A stretch of 61,752 nucleotides of DNA from Octopus bimaculoides (GCF_001194135.2 NC_068984.1:130242304-130304055), one strand, 5' to 3'; shown: positions 49,035 to 60,785, counted from the stretch's first letter. Program-made: numbers and translations. The notes: a model not told the origin generated them from the sequence alone.

Positions 49035-50031
49035 TGACTACTACTACTACTACTACTACTGCTGCCCTCTCTACTACTACTACTACTACTGCTGCTGCTG
49101 CCCTCTACTACTACTACTACTGCCCTCTCTACTACTACTACTACTACTGCTGCTGCTGCCCTCTACTACTACTACTGNNNNNNNNNNNNNNNNNNNNNNN
49201 NNNNNNNNNNNNNNNNNNNNNNNNNNNNNNNNNNNNNNNNNNNNNNNNNNNNNNNNNNNNNNNNNNNNNNNNNNNNNNNNNNNNNNNNNNNNNNNNNNNN
49301 NNNNNNNNNNNNNNNNNNNNNNNNNNNNNNNNNNNNNNNNNNNNNNNNNNNNNNNNNNNNNNNNNNNNNNNNNNNNNNNNNNNNNNNNNNNNNNNNNNNN
49401 NNNNNNNNNNNNNNNNNNNNNNNNNNNNNNNNNNNNNNNNNNNNNNNNNNNNNNNNNNNNNNNNNNNNNNNNNNNNNNNNNNNNNNNNNNNNNNNNNNNN
49501 NNNNNNNNNNNNNNNNNNNNNNNNNNNNNNNNNNNNNNNNNNNNNNNNNNNNNNNNNNNNNNNNNNNNNNNNNNNNNNNNNNNNNNNNNNNNNNNNNNNN
49601 NNNNNNNNNNNNNNNNNNNNNNNNNNNNNNNNNNNNNNNNNNNNNNNNNNNNNNNNNNNNNNNNNNNNNNNNNNNNNNNNNNNNNNNNNNNNNNNNNNNN
49701 NNNNNNNNNNNNNNNNNNNNNNNNNNNNNNNNNNNNNNNNNNNNNNNNNNNNNNNNNNNNNNNNNNNNNNNNNNNNNNNNNNNNNNNNNNNNNNNNNNNN
49801 NNNNNNNNNNGACTACTACTACTACTACTACTACTGCTGCCCTCTCTACTACTACTACTACTACTGCTGCTGCTGCCCTCTACTACTACTACTACTGCCC
49901 TCTCTACTACTACTACTACTACTGCTGCTGCTGCCCTCTACTACTACTACTGCTGCCCTCTCTACTACTACTACTACTACTGTTGCTGCTGCCCTCTACT
50001 ACTACTACTACTACTACTACTGCCCTCTCTA

Positions 50032-50065
<34 letters not shown>

Positions 50066-50068
50066 CCT

Positions 50069-50102
<34 letters not shown>

Positions 50103-50128
50103 TACTACTACTACTACTGCTGCCCTCT

Positions 50129-50178
<50 letters not shown>

Positions 50179-50245
50179 ACTGCTGTTATTACTTCTACTA
50201 ATGCAGCTGTTATTACTACTACTACTGCTGCTACTGCTAATACTA
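49035..50245. repeat. (CTA)n/(CTG)n array with higher-order GCCCTCT spacer units
   Basis: Recurring GCCCTCT(CT) punctuation every few trinucleotides on both sides of the gap. Confidence 0.93.
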
Positions 50246-50337
50246 TTACTAATTCTGGGGTGAATGTATAGTTTTGGTGAAACGGTATGGGTAAGTGGAT
50301 TAGGGACCTGGGTGACTTACTGTTGATATTGTTGAGG

Positions 50338-50545
50338 TTGTTGTTTAACCCTAGGTCAATCCTGATCGAGTAGACCTATACGTGATCAAAGGTATTCACC
50401 GGCATAACCATTGTGTGTGCGTGTTTAGACGTAATGTATCTAGGAGTACATTACCCAATGTAGTTATACATTATTTCATCCAGATGGGTTTGACTAGGGA
50501 AGATTTGGCTGTTATTTCTTGCAGATTGAATGACTTCTGGATAGC
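50338..50545 (+). repeat. Unclassified repeat G
   Basis: GTTGTTTAACC...GAGTAGACCTAT...GATTTGGCTGTTATTTCT. Confidence 0.6.
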
Positions 50546-50572
50546 TTTTCTGTTCTTTGTTATTGACTGATA

Positions 50573-50957
50573 GGAGGCGCAATGGCCCAGTGGTTAGGGC
50601 AGCGGACTCGCGGTCATAGGATCGCGGTTTCGATTCCCAGACCGGGCGTTGTGAGTGTTTATTGAGCGAAAACACCTAAAGCTCCACGAGGCTCCGGCAG
50701 GGGATGGTGGCGAACCCTGCTGTACTCTTCCACCACAACTTTCTCTCACTCTTACTTCCTGTTTCTGTTGTGCCTGAATTTCAAATGGTCAGCCTTGTCA
50801 CACTGTGTCACGCTGAATCTCCCCGAGAACTACGTTAAGGGTACACGTGTCTGTGGAGTGCTCAGCCACTTGCACGTTAATTTCACGAGCAGGCTGTTCC
50901 GTTGATCGGATCAACTGGAACCCTCGTCGTCGTAAGCGACGGAGTGCCAACAACAAC
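50573..50957 (+). mobile_element. SINE family C, full length, young, 12-bp TSD
   Basis: tRNA-like head (TGGCCCAGTGG, GGTTTCGATTCCC), 3' hairpin CGTCGTAAGCGACG, (CAA)n tail; TSD TATTGACTGATA at 50561-50572 and 50959-50970. Confidence 0.95.
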
Positions 50958-51264
50958 ATATTGACTGATAATAGCTTGTGGACGGGGGGGGGGCTTAGTT
51001 GAGAATCGTGTAGGCAGGTAATTGGGATAGTAACAATTTAGCTTCAGGTGAAACAAGATTAAGCAGACTTATGGACAAAGACATTCCAAATGTGACCATC
51101 TTGTCTTATTTGCAGACATAGTGTATCGGTGATTAATGTATCCAATGTGTTCCTTGTGTTTTATGACTGATAGATTGATAAGGTAAATATATAGGTTAGG
51201 TAGGCAAGCAGGCAGGTAGGAAGGTATGTACGTAGATAGATAGATAGATAGATAGATAGGTAGG

Positions 51265-51336
<72 letters not shown>

Positions 51337-51590
51337 GAGGGGGAGAGAGAGAGAAAGAGAACAAGAGAGAGATACAGAGGGGGTATGTGCAGACATACGT
51401 AGATATGTGGGTGGATTAATAGATTGAGAGAGAAAGAGAGGGAGGGGAGAGAGAGTGTGGAGAGAAAGAGAGAGAGTGGAGAGAAAGAGAGAGAGTGGAG
51501 AGAAAGAGAGAGAGTGGAGAGAAAGAGAGAGAGTGGAGAGAAAGAGAGATGTACGCATGGATATAGATATGCGGGCGGATGGAAGGATAC

Positions 51591-51621
<31 letters not shown>

Positions 51622-51715
51622 TAGAGAGAGAGATAAAAAGGAAATACCGTTTATTTGACTGTCAAAGATATTAGATTTATTATAATATATTTCACAATAA
51701 TGGATCTCTACTCAC

Positions 51716-51791
51716 CAATACAGAATGCTATGCCATTTATTACTGGATACAGTTGATGAAGAAAGAATGGAAAGAATAGACACACAAAGAG
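51716..51791 (-). other. Candidate isolated 76-nt exon (product unknown)
   Basis: Acceptor CCGTTTCTTTTGTAG|C and donor TTG|GTGAGT on the minus strand; two open hydrophobic frames (LFVCLFFPFFLHQLYPVINGIAFCI or LCVSILSILSSSTVSSNKWHSILY). Confidence 0.28.
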
Positions 51792-52242
51792 CTACAAAAG
51801 AAACGGTGTGCATAGCCGATGCACACACAAAACACTGAGGTTTTAAATTAGTTAGACTAAAAAGAAAAGTGGTTATTCTTTGCTGGAACTGTTTCTAGAA
51901 TATTTCTGATGTAAAAGGAGCAAAAGAATAGAGAGAAACAGGGAAAAATATTGAATGAAATAAGAGTTTAGGACGATTAAAGAGAGGTAAGTTTGATGTG
52001 AAAGAAGGAATAAATGTCAGATAGACCCATTAATCTTCCAACATCCTTTCCACGAAATGATTTCATTTGCTGGCGCATTGTTTTGGATCTTTTGGGGATC
52101 TTGGTTATTTTCGTTTTGGAAGATGGAGGACACAGCTTTACAATAGTTCTTTCATCCATGTACACACACACACATATATATATGTATCTCTCCCCCCCCT
52201 CTCTCTCTCTCCTCTCTCCCCCCTCTCCCTCTCTCTCCCCCC

Positions 52243-52273
<31 letters not shown>

Positions 52274-52540
52274 GTCTATCTATCTATCTATATAATATAT
52301 ATATATAAGCCAGTGAACAGCGTTTGACGATACCGGTATGACTTTGAATCTCTTTAACAATTCAAAATAATGACTTTTATTCCTCTTAATTCTACCTCAG
52401 TTTATCTAATGGTATATATTTTTCGTTACTTTTCATAAAAAAGCCTTTATTTTTTTTAATATCTAATGTGCATTTTCGCTTTCTTTTTCTTCTTACTTTC
52501 CCCATATCTTTCCCATGTGTAGTTTCTATTCTCCTTTTGA

Positions 52541-52579
<39 letters not shown>

Positions 52580-53444
52580 GTGTGTGTGTGTGTGTGTGTA
52601 TATGTATGTATGTATGTATGTATGTNNNNNNNNNNNNNNNNNNNNNNNNNNNNNNNNNNNNNNNNNNNNNNNNNNNNNNNNNNNNNNNNNNNNNNNNNNN
52701 NNNNNNNNNNNNNNNNNNNNNNNNNNNNNNNNNNNNNNNNNNNNNNNNNNNNNNNNNNNNNNNNNNNNNNNNNNNNNNNNNNNNNNNNNNNNNNNNNNNN
52801 NNNNNNNNNNNNNNNNNNNNNNNNNNNNNNNNNNNNNNNNNNNNNNNNNNNNNNNNNNNNNNNNNNNNNNNNNNNNNNNNNNNNNNNNNNNNNNNNNNNN
52901 NNNNNNNNNNNNNNNNNNNNNNNNNNNNNNNNNNNNNNNNNNNNNNNNNNNNNNNNNNNNNNNNNNNNNNNNNNNNNNNNNNNNNNNNNNNNNNNNNNNN
53001 NNNNNNNNNNNNNNNNNNNNNNNNNNNNNNNNNNNNNNNNNNNNNNNNNNNNNNNNNNNNNNNNNNNNNNNNNNNNNNNNNNNNNNNNNNNNNNNNNNNN
53101 NNNNNNNNNNNNNNNNNNNNNNNNNNNNNNNNNNNNNNNNNNNNNNNNNNNNNNNNNNNNNNNNNNNNNNNNNNNNNNNNNNNNNNNNNNNNNNNNNNNN
53201 NNNNNNNNNNNNNNNNNNNNNNNNNNNNNNNNNNNNNNNNNNNNNNNNNNNNNNNNNNNNNNNNNNNNNNNNNNNNNNNNNNNNNNNNNNNNNNNNNNNN
53301 NNNNNNNNNNNNNNNNNNNNNNNNNNNNNNNNNNNNNNNNNNNNNNNNNNNNNNNNNNNNNNNNNNNNNNNNNNNNNNNNNNNNNNNNNNNNNNNNNNNN
53401 NNNNNNNNNNNNNNNNNNNNNNNNNNNNNNNNNNNNNNTATCAT

Positions 53445-53650
53445 TGTATGCGTGTCTTTGAGTCAGTGTTTGTTCTCCCCATCACCGCTTGAAAACCAAT
53501 GTAGGATTGTTTACGTCTCCGTAGCTTAGCGCTTCGGCAAAAGAAACCAATAAAATAATTATCAGACTTTAAAAAGTAAGAGCTGGGTCCATTTGTTCGA
53601 TTGCCCCAGCATGGCTATACTCCAATGACTAAAGCAGGTAAAAGACAAAA
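53445..53650 (+). mobile_element. SINE family A 3' half (diverged)
   Basis: Match to the A 3' module. Confidence 0.7.
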
Positions 53651-54059
53651 GCTAAAAGACATATGCCTCTTTTTCTATATTTTTGTTTATTACTGCTTTT
53701 CTATATCCGTAGAGATTTATTTGTTCAAGCATGCATTTGATAGCAGGCTCTTGTTACTGATGACGTGCAAAGATGCAGAAATCTAAATTTAGCAATTCTC
53801 CCGCCGTTGCTGGTCACTTTTCGCCCGCTGCTGACATATGTCAGTGCTTTTTAGTGCTATAAGTTTATAAACAAGATGCTTCCTCGAGATGAATACTGCA
53901 GTTTTCTGGCTTTCTTCAGTATATCCATGTTATGTACGATATGCAAACTACTATTCTGAACTAATACTGCTTTAGTCGCTCATAAAGAACACATGCACGC
54001 ACGCATATATATATAATATGTGTGCGTGTGCGTGTGCGTGAGTGTGTGCGTGTGTGAAT

Positions 54060-54265
54060 GTTTGTGTGTCTGTGTTTGTACCCCCACCAGCGCTTGACAA
54101 ACGATGTTGGTGTGTTTACGTCCCCGTACATTAGTGGTTCGGCAAAAGAGACCGATAGAATAAGTACTAGGCTTTCATAGAATAAGTCCTGGGGTCAATT
54201 TGTTCGACTAAAGGCGGCGCCCCAGCATGGCCGCAGTCAAATCACTGAAACAAATAGAATAAAAA
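54060..54265 (+). mobile_element. SINE family A 3' half
   Basis: Well-preserved A 3' module. Confidence 0.9.
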
Positions 54266-54551
54266 CATAAGACAGGGTATAAACAATGGTCATTACATAT
54301 TTTTCGTTGTTAGAGTAAATTTGACTTACAGCTGTTTCCGGTAGTCATTATAGGTGCGTTGCTGACAGGTTTACTCAATTAGTCTATTGTTCAGTTGAGA
54401 AAAATTGAACGACTTAAAAAGAAATTAATGTTACTTTCGTCAGAGCCGTTTCTGGTTATAACAAGGCAGAACATTGAACGACTGGTGCGTGTATGTGGAA
54501 GGAAGGGAAAGAGGGAAAGAGGCAAGTAAAATAGAGAAAGACGAGTTAGAT

Positions 54552-54705
54552 CAGTAGTTCCAAAAATTTTTCGGGCTGTCGCCTCCTTGACACCCAGGCC
54601 AGATACCTAGTGCTCCCATCCCAGCTAACTATCACGAGGATAGACCTCATTCTGAAGCAAATTCAAACCAACTGTATTTAACAAATAAAACTTAACCTAA
54701 TTGGC
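54552..54705 (+). mobile_element. Possible 5' end of another hAT MITE, truncated by SINE A
   Basis: Begins CAGTAGTTCCAAAAATTTTTCGGG, similar to CAGTGGTTCCCAAC-type termini; no matching right end seen. Confidence 0.3.
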
Positions 54706-54712
54706 TGTGTGC

Positions 54713-54906
54713 GGCGCAGGAGTAGCTGTGTGGTAAGTAGCTTGTTTACCAACCACATGGTTCCGGGTTCAGTCCCACTGCGTGGTACCTTGGGCAAGTG
54801 TAGAAGTCTATAGTAGAAGGCACTTGCCCAAGGTGCCACGCGGTGGAACAGAACCTGGAACCATGTGGTTGGTAAGCAAGCTACTTACCACACAGCCATG
54901 CCTGCC
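54713..54906. mobile_element. Two SINE A heads fused tail-to-tail (about 87-bp inverted arms)
   Basis: Plus head 54713-54801 and minus head 54806-54906; paired arms separated by about 18 bp. Confidence 0.92.
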
Positions 54907-55720
54907 ATAGTATAATATAATACATACTTTCGTGTGTTTCATTCACTGGACTGCGGCCATGTTGGGGCAGTCTCGTGTATGGCTTTCGATCACATTAACT
55001 CTAGACCCAATTGTTCATACTTGGGTGTTGTCGCACCGCTAGGCTACGGCACCCAAGCGAAGATAACGTTTCTTTCCAGGTAGTGTCAAAGTGTTCACAC
55101 ACNNNNNNNNNNNNNNNNNNNNNNNNNNNNNNNNNNNNNNNNNNNNNNNNNNNNNNNNNNNNNNNNNNNNNNNNNNNNNNNNNNNNNNNNNNNNNNNNNN
55201 NNNNNNNNNNNNNNNNNNNNNNNNNNNNNNNNNNNNNNNNNNNNNNNNNNNNNNNNNNNNNNNNNNNNNNNNNNNNNNNNNNNNNNNNNNNNNNNNNNNN
55301 NNNNNNNNNNNNNNNNNNNNNNNNNNNNNNNNNNNNNNNNNNNNNNNNNNNNNNNNNNNNNNNNNNNNNNNNNNNNNNNNNNNNNNNNNNNNNNNNNNNN
55401 NNNNNNNNNNNNNNNNNNNNNNNNNNNNNNNNNNNNNNNNNNNNNNNNNNNNNNNNNNNNNNNNNNNNNNNNNNNNNNNNNNNNNNNNNNNNNNNNNNNN
55501 NNNNNNNNNNNNNNNNNNNNNNNNNNNNNNNNNNNNNNNNNNNNNNNTAGGGGAAAGCGAAGGTGGTCAGTAAGGGTTGCATCCACCGTTGGCGATTAAC
55601 TTAAAGAGAGAGGGTGGGGCTCCTCTGACAAGCTAGGTTGTCATGACCTTGACCTCACAACATGAAACTGAAACTGTGAAATATTTGGTTGTGATCCAAT
55701 ATTTCATTATTACACACACA

Positions 55721-55761
<41 letters not shown>

Positions 55762-56589
55762 GCATATACACACACCCATACGCACATACATATACACACA
55801 CCCATACGCACACACACACACATATGGACATATCCATATGCGCATACACATCCATTCAGCTGCACGCTCACACAGACACACACATACATACACACACACA
55901 CACACAATAATAATACATACATATCCACACATAAACTTAAAACCACATTCACACACACACAAACACACACACACACACACACACGTCCATTTTGGTGTAC
56001 GCAGACACAAACAACCTCATAGCATCACACACCTACATACACATACGTACACATACGTACACATACGTACGCATACATACACACATACATACACGTACTA
56101 GCACATCCGCATACGCCCACACGTACAGTCACAGACACACTCGCGTTGGTGTCATAAAGTGTATACAAACAAAAGAATGGAATGCTGCAAATTTATCATA
56201 TTAAAAGTTGAATTTCATCATTTCGTTTGGTGAGACGAATACTATACGCTTAACCAATATCATGCTCCATGCTTGTATATGTGTGGGCGTGTACACATAT
56301 TTACATATACACACACAAATACACGCACACGCGCACGTATATATTATAGTCTATTAGGATATAAAACATCTACGTATATACATGCATATATGCGTGTGTG
56401 TATATGCGTGTGCGTGAGTCGTCTAGGAATCCATGGCTGGAGAAATAAAACAGGCACTTGTGTATTTGGCAATAGAGTGGGTATACTAATTTTAACAGTA
56501 TAAAAATATTATGGATCCATTTCAGCCGATCTTGTAAGTTGGTTTCGCGCATGAATTCGGTTATTGGGTGTTACGAAAATCTGTGCTCG

Positions 56590-56695
56590 TGAGAGTGGAT
56601 CATATAGGAAAACTGACCGCTCTGACGAGCGCGGTGTTAGGTAATCACCTAATTACCTAATTCCTGTGCGAAACTGATTAGTAAAATTGGTTTGA
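56590..56695 (+). ncRNA. Candidate hammerhead-like motif with consensus core and extended stem II, degenerate stem I
   Basis: CTGACGA (56622-56628), GCGCGG/CTGTGC plus TTAGGTAAT/ATTACCTAA stem II, GAAA at 56670, stem III ACT-GATT-AGT, triplet GUA ending 56683. Confidence 0.4.
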
Positions 56696-57006
56696 AATGG
56701 GTGTGTAATACTGTATACTATTAAGATGTGTGTGTGTGTGCGCGCGTAGGTACGTATTACATGTATACATACGAGTGAGTGAACAAACCAAAGGCAGAAG
56801 CACTATCACATTTGATTGGAATGATATGTATTTAATAACAGTTTGACTCAGGTCTAGATTACTTAAAGTTTCGTTAGTGCGCAGGATACAGCCGTCGCGT
56901 CAAATGTTCAGAGACAATTGATATGACTGGAGACCTAAAATGCTGAAAAGACGGTTTTTGAGCAGTAATTATGTTCCTCATACGCTGTGTTATTGAAATT
57001 AAACGT

Positions 57007-57360
57007 GGAGGCGCAATGGCCCAGTGGTTAGGGCAGCGGACTCGCGGTCATAGGATCGCGGGTTCGATTCCCAGACCGGGCGTTGTGAGTGTTTATTGAG
57101 CGAAAACACCTAAAGCTCCACGAGGCTCCGGCAGGGGATGGTTCTCTCACTCTTACTTCCTGTTTCTGTTGTACCTGTAATTCAAAGGGTCAGCCTTGTC
57201 ACATTCTGTGTCACGCTGAATATCCCCGAGAACTACGTTAAGGGTACATGTGTCTGTGGAGTGCTCGGCCACTTGCACGTTAATTTCACGAGCAGGCTGT
57301 TCCGTTGATCGGATCAACTGGAACCCTCGACGTCGTAAGCGACGGAGTGCCAACAATAAC
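57007..57360 (+). mobile_element. SINE family C with internal deletion of about 33 bp
   Basis: Near-identical to 50573-50957 except loss of the segment between GGGGATGGT and TCTCTCACTC. Confidence 0.93.
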
Positions 57361-57629
57361 AATATTGAGGTTATGTATTTCAGGATCAAGCAGTGTGATT
57401 GAAATTATGTATTTCAGGATCAGGCGCCATGAATTAGTAGAGGACATGGTGTGTGGTTTGTGAAACTTCAATGGTTGGAGCTACGTGGGATGTTTTTTTG
57501 TTGTTTTTTTGTGAGCTGTTGATGTTATAACGTCAGGTATCGATTATGTAGGCGTGTGCGCAGTATTATTTTATTGAGTATTGATCGTGTAGCTTATCTA
57601 TTATGCGACTTATTTCATCGTTCACCTTT

Positions 57630-57880
57630 TAATTGTTTCAGTCGTTTGGATTGCGGCCATGCTGGGGTACCGCCTTGACGGGCTTAGTCAAACAGATCGA
57701 CTCCGATACATATTTGAGCCTGGTACTTATTCTCTCGAATTCCTTTGCCGAGCCGCCAGGTTGTCGTGACTTTGACTACGCCACATGAAACTGTGAAATA
57801 TTTGGTTTGGAAAGTAAGCAAACCAACACCTGTTGTCAAGCGATGGCGGTGGACAAACACAAAGACAAAGACACAAATAC
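57630..57880 (-). mobile_element. SINE family A 3' half carrying an extra segment of about 50 bp
   Basis: A-tail match interrupted by TGTCGTGACTTTGACTACGCCACATGAAACTGTGAAATATTTGGTT. Confidence 0.7.
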
Positions 57881-58399
57881 GTACCTCCATCCATCCATCC
57901 ATACATACATACATACGTATGTATGTGCATATTCTGCACTTCGTGCAAGCATCTTCTTTGCATATTATATCACTGCAATCGTTTGTGACTGAGTGTTGGT
58001 CTTGTGCAGTTAATGTTGGGCCTTCTCTACTTTTAATCCTCAGATTTTGAGCCATTATTGGCTTTCATGTCACTTAACTACCTCTCTGTCGGGTCTTGGT
58101 GTTTCTTTCCATTTTTTCCCCTCAGTACATTTTGGAAGTCCGTTCTGATTTTATCCTTTTCTTATTTTTTCAACTTGTTGTGTCGATACCCCCAGGCGAA
58201 GAAGTAGGATCTCCCAAGACATATAAATGGAGGTAGTCTGGCCGTGATAGGTGGGTTGAGTAGCAGTCGAGTAGCAGGTGTGCAGCGGTTGAGCAGAGAT
58301 CATCCGAAGGTGCTAGATAGCAGTAGCTTGAGACATAACACAACTTTTGGTCGTTATCAAAGTCTTTTACTCTGGTGTACTTAATATTCAGCTTGTAAA

Positions 58400-58540
58400 T
58401 ATTTAAATTCCGTTGAGATCGACTTTGCATTTCATCCTCTCGAGGTCGATAAAATAAGTACCAGTTTAACATTGGGGGTCAATGTAATCGATTTACTCCT
58501 TTCCCCGAAATTGCTGGCCTTGTGCCAAAATTTGAAACCA
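58400..58540 (+). mobile_element. SINE family B 3' portion
   Basis: GACTTTGCATTTCATCC...GGCCTTGTGCCAAAATTTGAAACC. Confidence 0.82.
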
Positions 58541-58664
58541 AATTTGAGCTCGTACTTTATCATTCCCACCTTGTACTTTATATTTTATATTTTATCGATC
58601 TCTGATCACTCTGAAGGAAAAGTATCAGCTTAGAATTTAATATGGATTTTTTAGTCTTTTACTA

Positions 58665-58820
58665 GTTTTATTCATTTGACCGAGATCATGCTGGAGCACC
58701 TCCTTCAGTGGTTTAAATCGATTATATCGACCCCAAAACTTATTTTTAAGTGTGGTATTTATTTTATCGATCATTATCGTCGAACCGCTCATGTCATGGG
58801 ACGTAAGTGTATGAACTAAC
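58665..58820 (-). mobile_element. SINE family A 3' module (diverged)
   Basis: Reverse-complement A tail. Confidence 0.65.
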
Positions 58821-58925
58821 ATAGTTACAGATACTCATATATACACATACGCGACACGCACGCGCACACGCACGCACACGCACACATACATATGCATACA
58901 TATACATACATACAAAATAAAAGAA

Positions 58926-58982
<57 letters not shown>

Positions 58983-58983
<1 letters not shown>

Positions 58984-59195
58984 GCGAGCTGGCAGAATCG
59001 TTAACACGCTCGACGAAAATGCTTAGCGGTATTTCACCCGTCTCTACGTTCTGGGTTCAAAACCCACCGAGGTCGACTTTGCCTTTCATCCTTTCGGAGC
59101 CGATAAATTTAGTACCAGTGAAACGCTGGGGTCGATGAAATCGATTAATCCCCTCTTCCTAAATCTGAGGCCTTGTGCCTTTAGAAGAAAGGATT
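58983..59195 (+). mobile_element. SINE family B, full length, (ATT)n on both sides
   Basis: GCGAGCTGGCAGAATCG head through AGAAGAAAGGATTATT tail. Confidence 0.9.
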
Positions 59196-59199
59196 ATTA

Positions 59200-59266
<67 letters not shown>

Positions 59267-59269
59267 TAC

Positions 59270-59760
59270 GATTGAGTGAGAGAGCAGAGCATGCCATCTA
59301 AGTGACTGAGGTACAAATATTCGAAGCCCAGTATACCTATCGTGACTACCCGTCCGATAGGAGTACACCAGGCGCATGCATCACAATCATATGTGTGTGA
59401 CATAGTGATCTTATACCAAGATAAACAGCGCATGACCTCGCAGATGGGGCCCAGTTTGAATTTTCTTCGGGTCGGATTGCCCATCTCGCTCAAAAGATCT
59501 CTGAATAAGGGTTATTTTAAGGAGGATGAATGAAACACCTATGTTACCTGGGATTAATTACTCAAACCCCCAAAATTTCTCTCAACACATGGCTGTGTTG
59601 CTTCCCCACTACTTCTGCTCGTGATCAGAGATGCACATAATATTTGCTGTAGTCCACCTTTTATACCATGACAAAACATGTACATGATAACACTTTCCAA
59701 TCAGTTGATATCAGAAGCTACGTGAGCCACTACCTGATATTGCATCAGGGTATTATTTAT
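59270..59760 (-). mobile_element. Element X: non-coding, about 490 bp, bounded by (AAT)n-like tracts, no tRNA head
   Basis: 3' half homologous to 47922-48178; no A/B boxes or ORF recognised. Confidence 0.65.
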
Positions 59761-59774
59761 CATTATCATAATTT

Positions 59775-60116
59775 AATGAAAACTCTCAGCTTATTTTGCT
59801 GGGTATGATGGAAAGTGTCAAATGTCCACAGCCAGCCGACTAAGGTGTCACTTGTTTACTGTTCATGCTTCAAGAACCCTGCGAAGAATTCATGCAGTTT
59901 CAAGCAATTCTTATTTTTGTAGGTTTCTACCTTTACGTTTGTACCAATCTTTTTGAGCCAATTTGGTAGTTGAGTGCTGATACTTCCAAGTGCATCAATT
60001 ACTATTGGCATCACGTTTACACTCTTCATTGACCACAACCTTCGTATTTCCCACTTCAAATCGTCATACTTGTTCAGTTTTTCTTCTTTCTCTTTGATCC
60101 TGTTGTCACCGGGGCA

Positions 60117-60117
<1 letters not shown>
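59775..60117 (-). mobile_element. 5'-truncated R4/Dong-type LINE (restriction-like endonuclease C-terminus plus short 3' UTR)
   Basis: PGDNRIKEKEEKLNKYDDLKWEIRRLW...VMPIVIDALGSI matches the RLE E.K..KY.DL and PIV.GALG pattern; (AAT)n upstream and degenerate (AAT)n downstream. Confidence 0.82.
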
Positions 60118-60164
<47 letters not shown>

Positions 60165-60166
<2 letters not shown>

Positions 60167-60230
60167 AAATTGTTAGCACGCCGGATGAAATGCTTAGCGG
60201 TATTTCGCCCGTCGCTACGTTCTGAATTCA
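60165..60230 (+). mobile_element. SINE B head running into gap
   Basis: TTAGCACGCCGGATGAAATGCTTAGCGG...CTGAATTCA. Confidence 0.85.
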
Positions 60231-60605
60231 NNNNNNNNNNNNNNNNNNNNNNNNNNNNNNNNNNNNNNNNNNNNNNNNNNNNNNNNNNNNNNNNNNNNNN
60301 NNNNNNNNNNNNNNNNNNNNNNNNNNNNNNNNNNNNNNNNNNNNNNNNNNNNNNNNNNNNNNNNNNNNNNNNNNNNNNNNNNNNNNNNNNNNNNNNNNNN
60401 NNNNNNNNNNNNNNNNNNNNNNNNNNNNNNNNNNNNNNNNNNNNNNNNNNNNNNNNNNNNNNNNNNNNNNNNNNNNNNNNNNNNNNNNNNNNNNNNNNNN
60501 NNNNNNNNNNNNNNNNNNNNNNNNNNNNNNNNNNNNNNNNNNNNNNNNNNNNNNNNNNNNNNNNNNNNNNNNNNNNNNNNNNNNNNNNNNNNNNNNNNNN
60601 NNNNN

Positions 60606-60785
60606 AGCCTCGGGCCGACCAAAGACTTGTGAGTGGATTTGGTAGACGGAAACTAAAAGAAGCCTGTCGTATATATGTATATGTATATATATATATATGT
60701 GTTTGTGTGTTTGTGACAACCGATGCTGGTGTGTTTACGTGCCCGTAACTTAGCGGTTCAGCAAAAGACACCGATAAAATAAGAC
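60606..60785 (+). mobile_element. SINE family A central fragment
   Basis: Direct match to the A middle. Confidence 0.88.

Noticed and set aside
50573-50650. tRNA gene (also other SINE heads)
   Set aside because: A/B boxes are present but there is no complete cloverleaf or acceptor stem; the sequence continues into a multi-copy SINE body with tail and TSD.
51899-51986. Plus-strand exon with strong GAG|GTAAGT donor
   Set aside because: All three frames contain stops; no support as coding, and no evidence for a non-coding transcript.
53757-53790. CTGATGA...TGCA/TGCA...GAAA hammerhead-like motif
   Set aside because: No 10.1-11.1 closing pair, no palindromic or paired stem III, no stem I.
53831-53844. 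Palindrome CTGACATATGTCAG as a TALE homeodomain dimer site
   Set aside because: Central bases differ from TGACAGCTGTCA and a single 14-bp palindrome is not unexpected.
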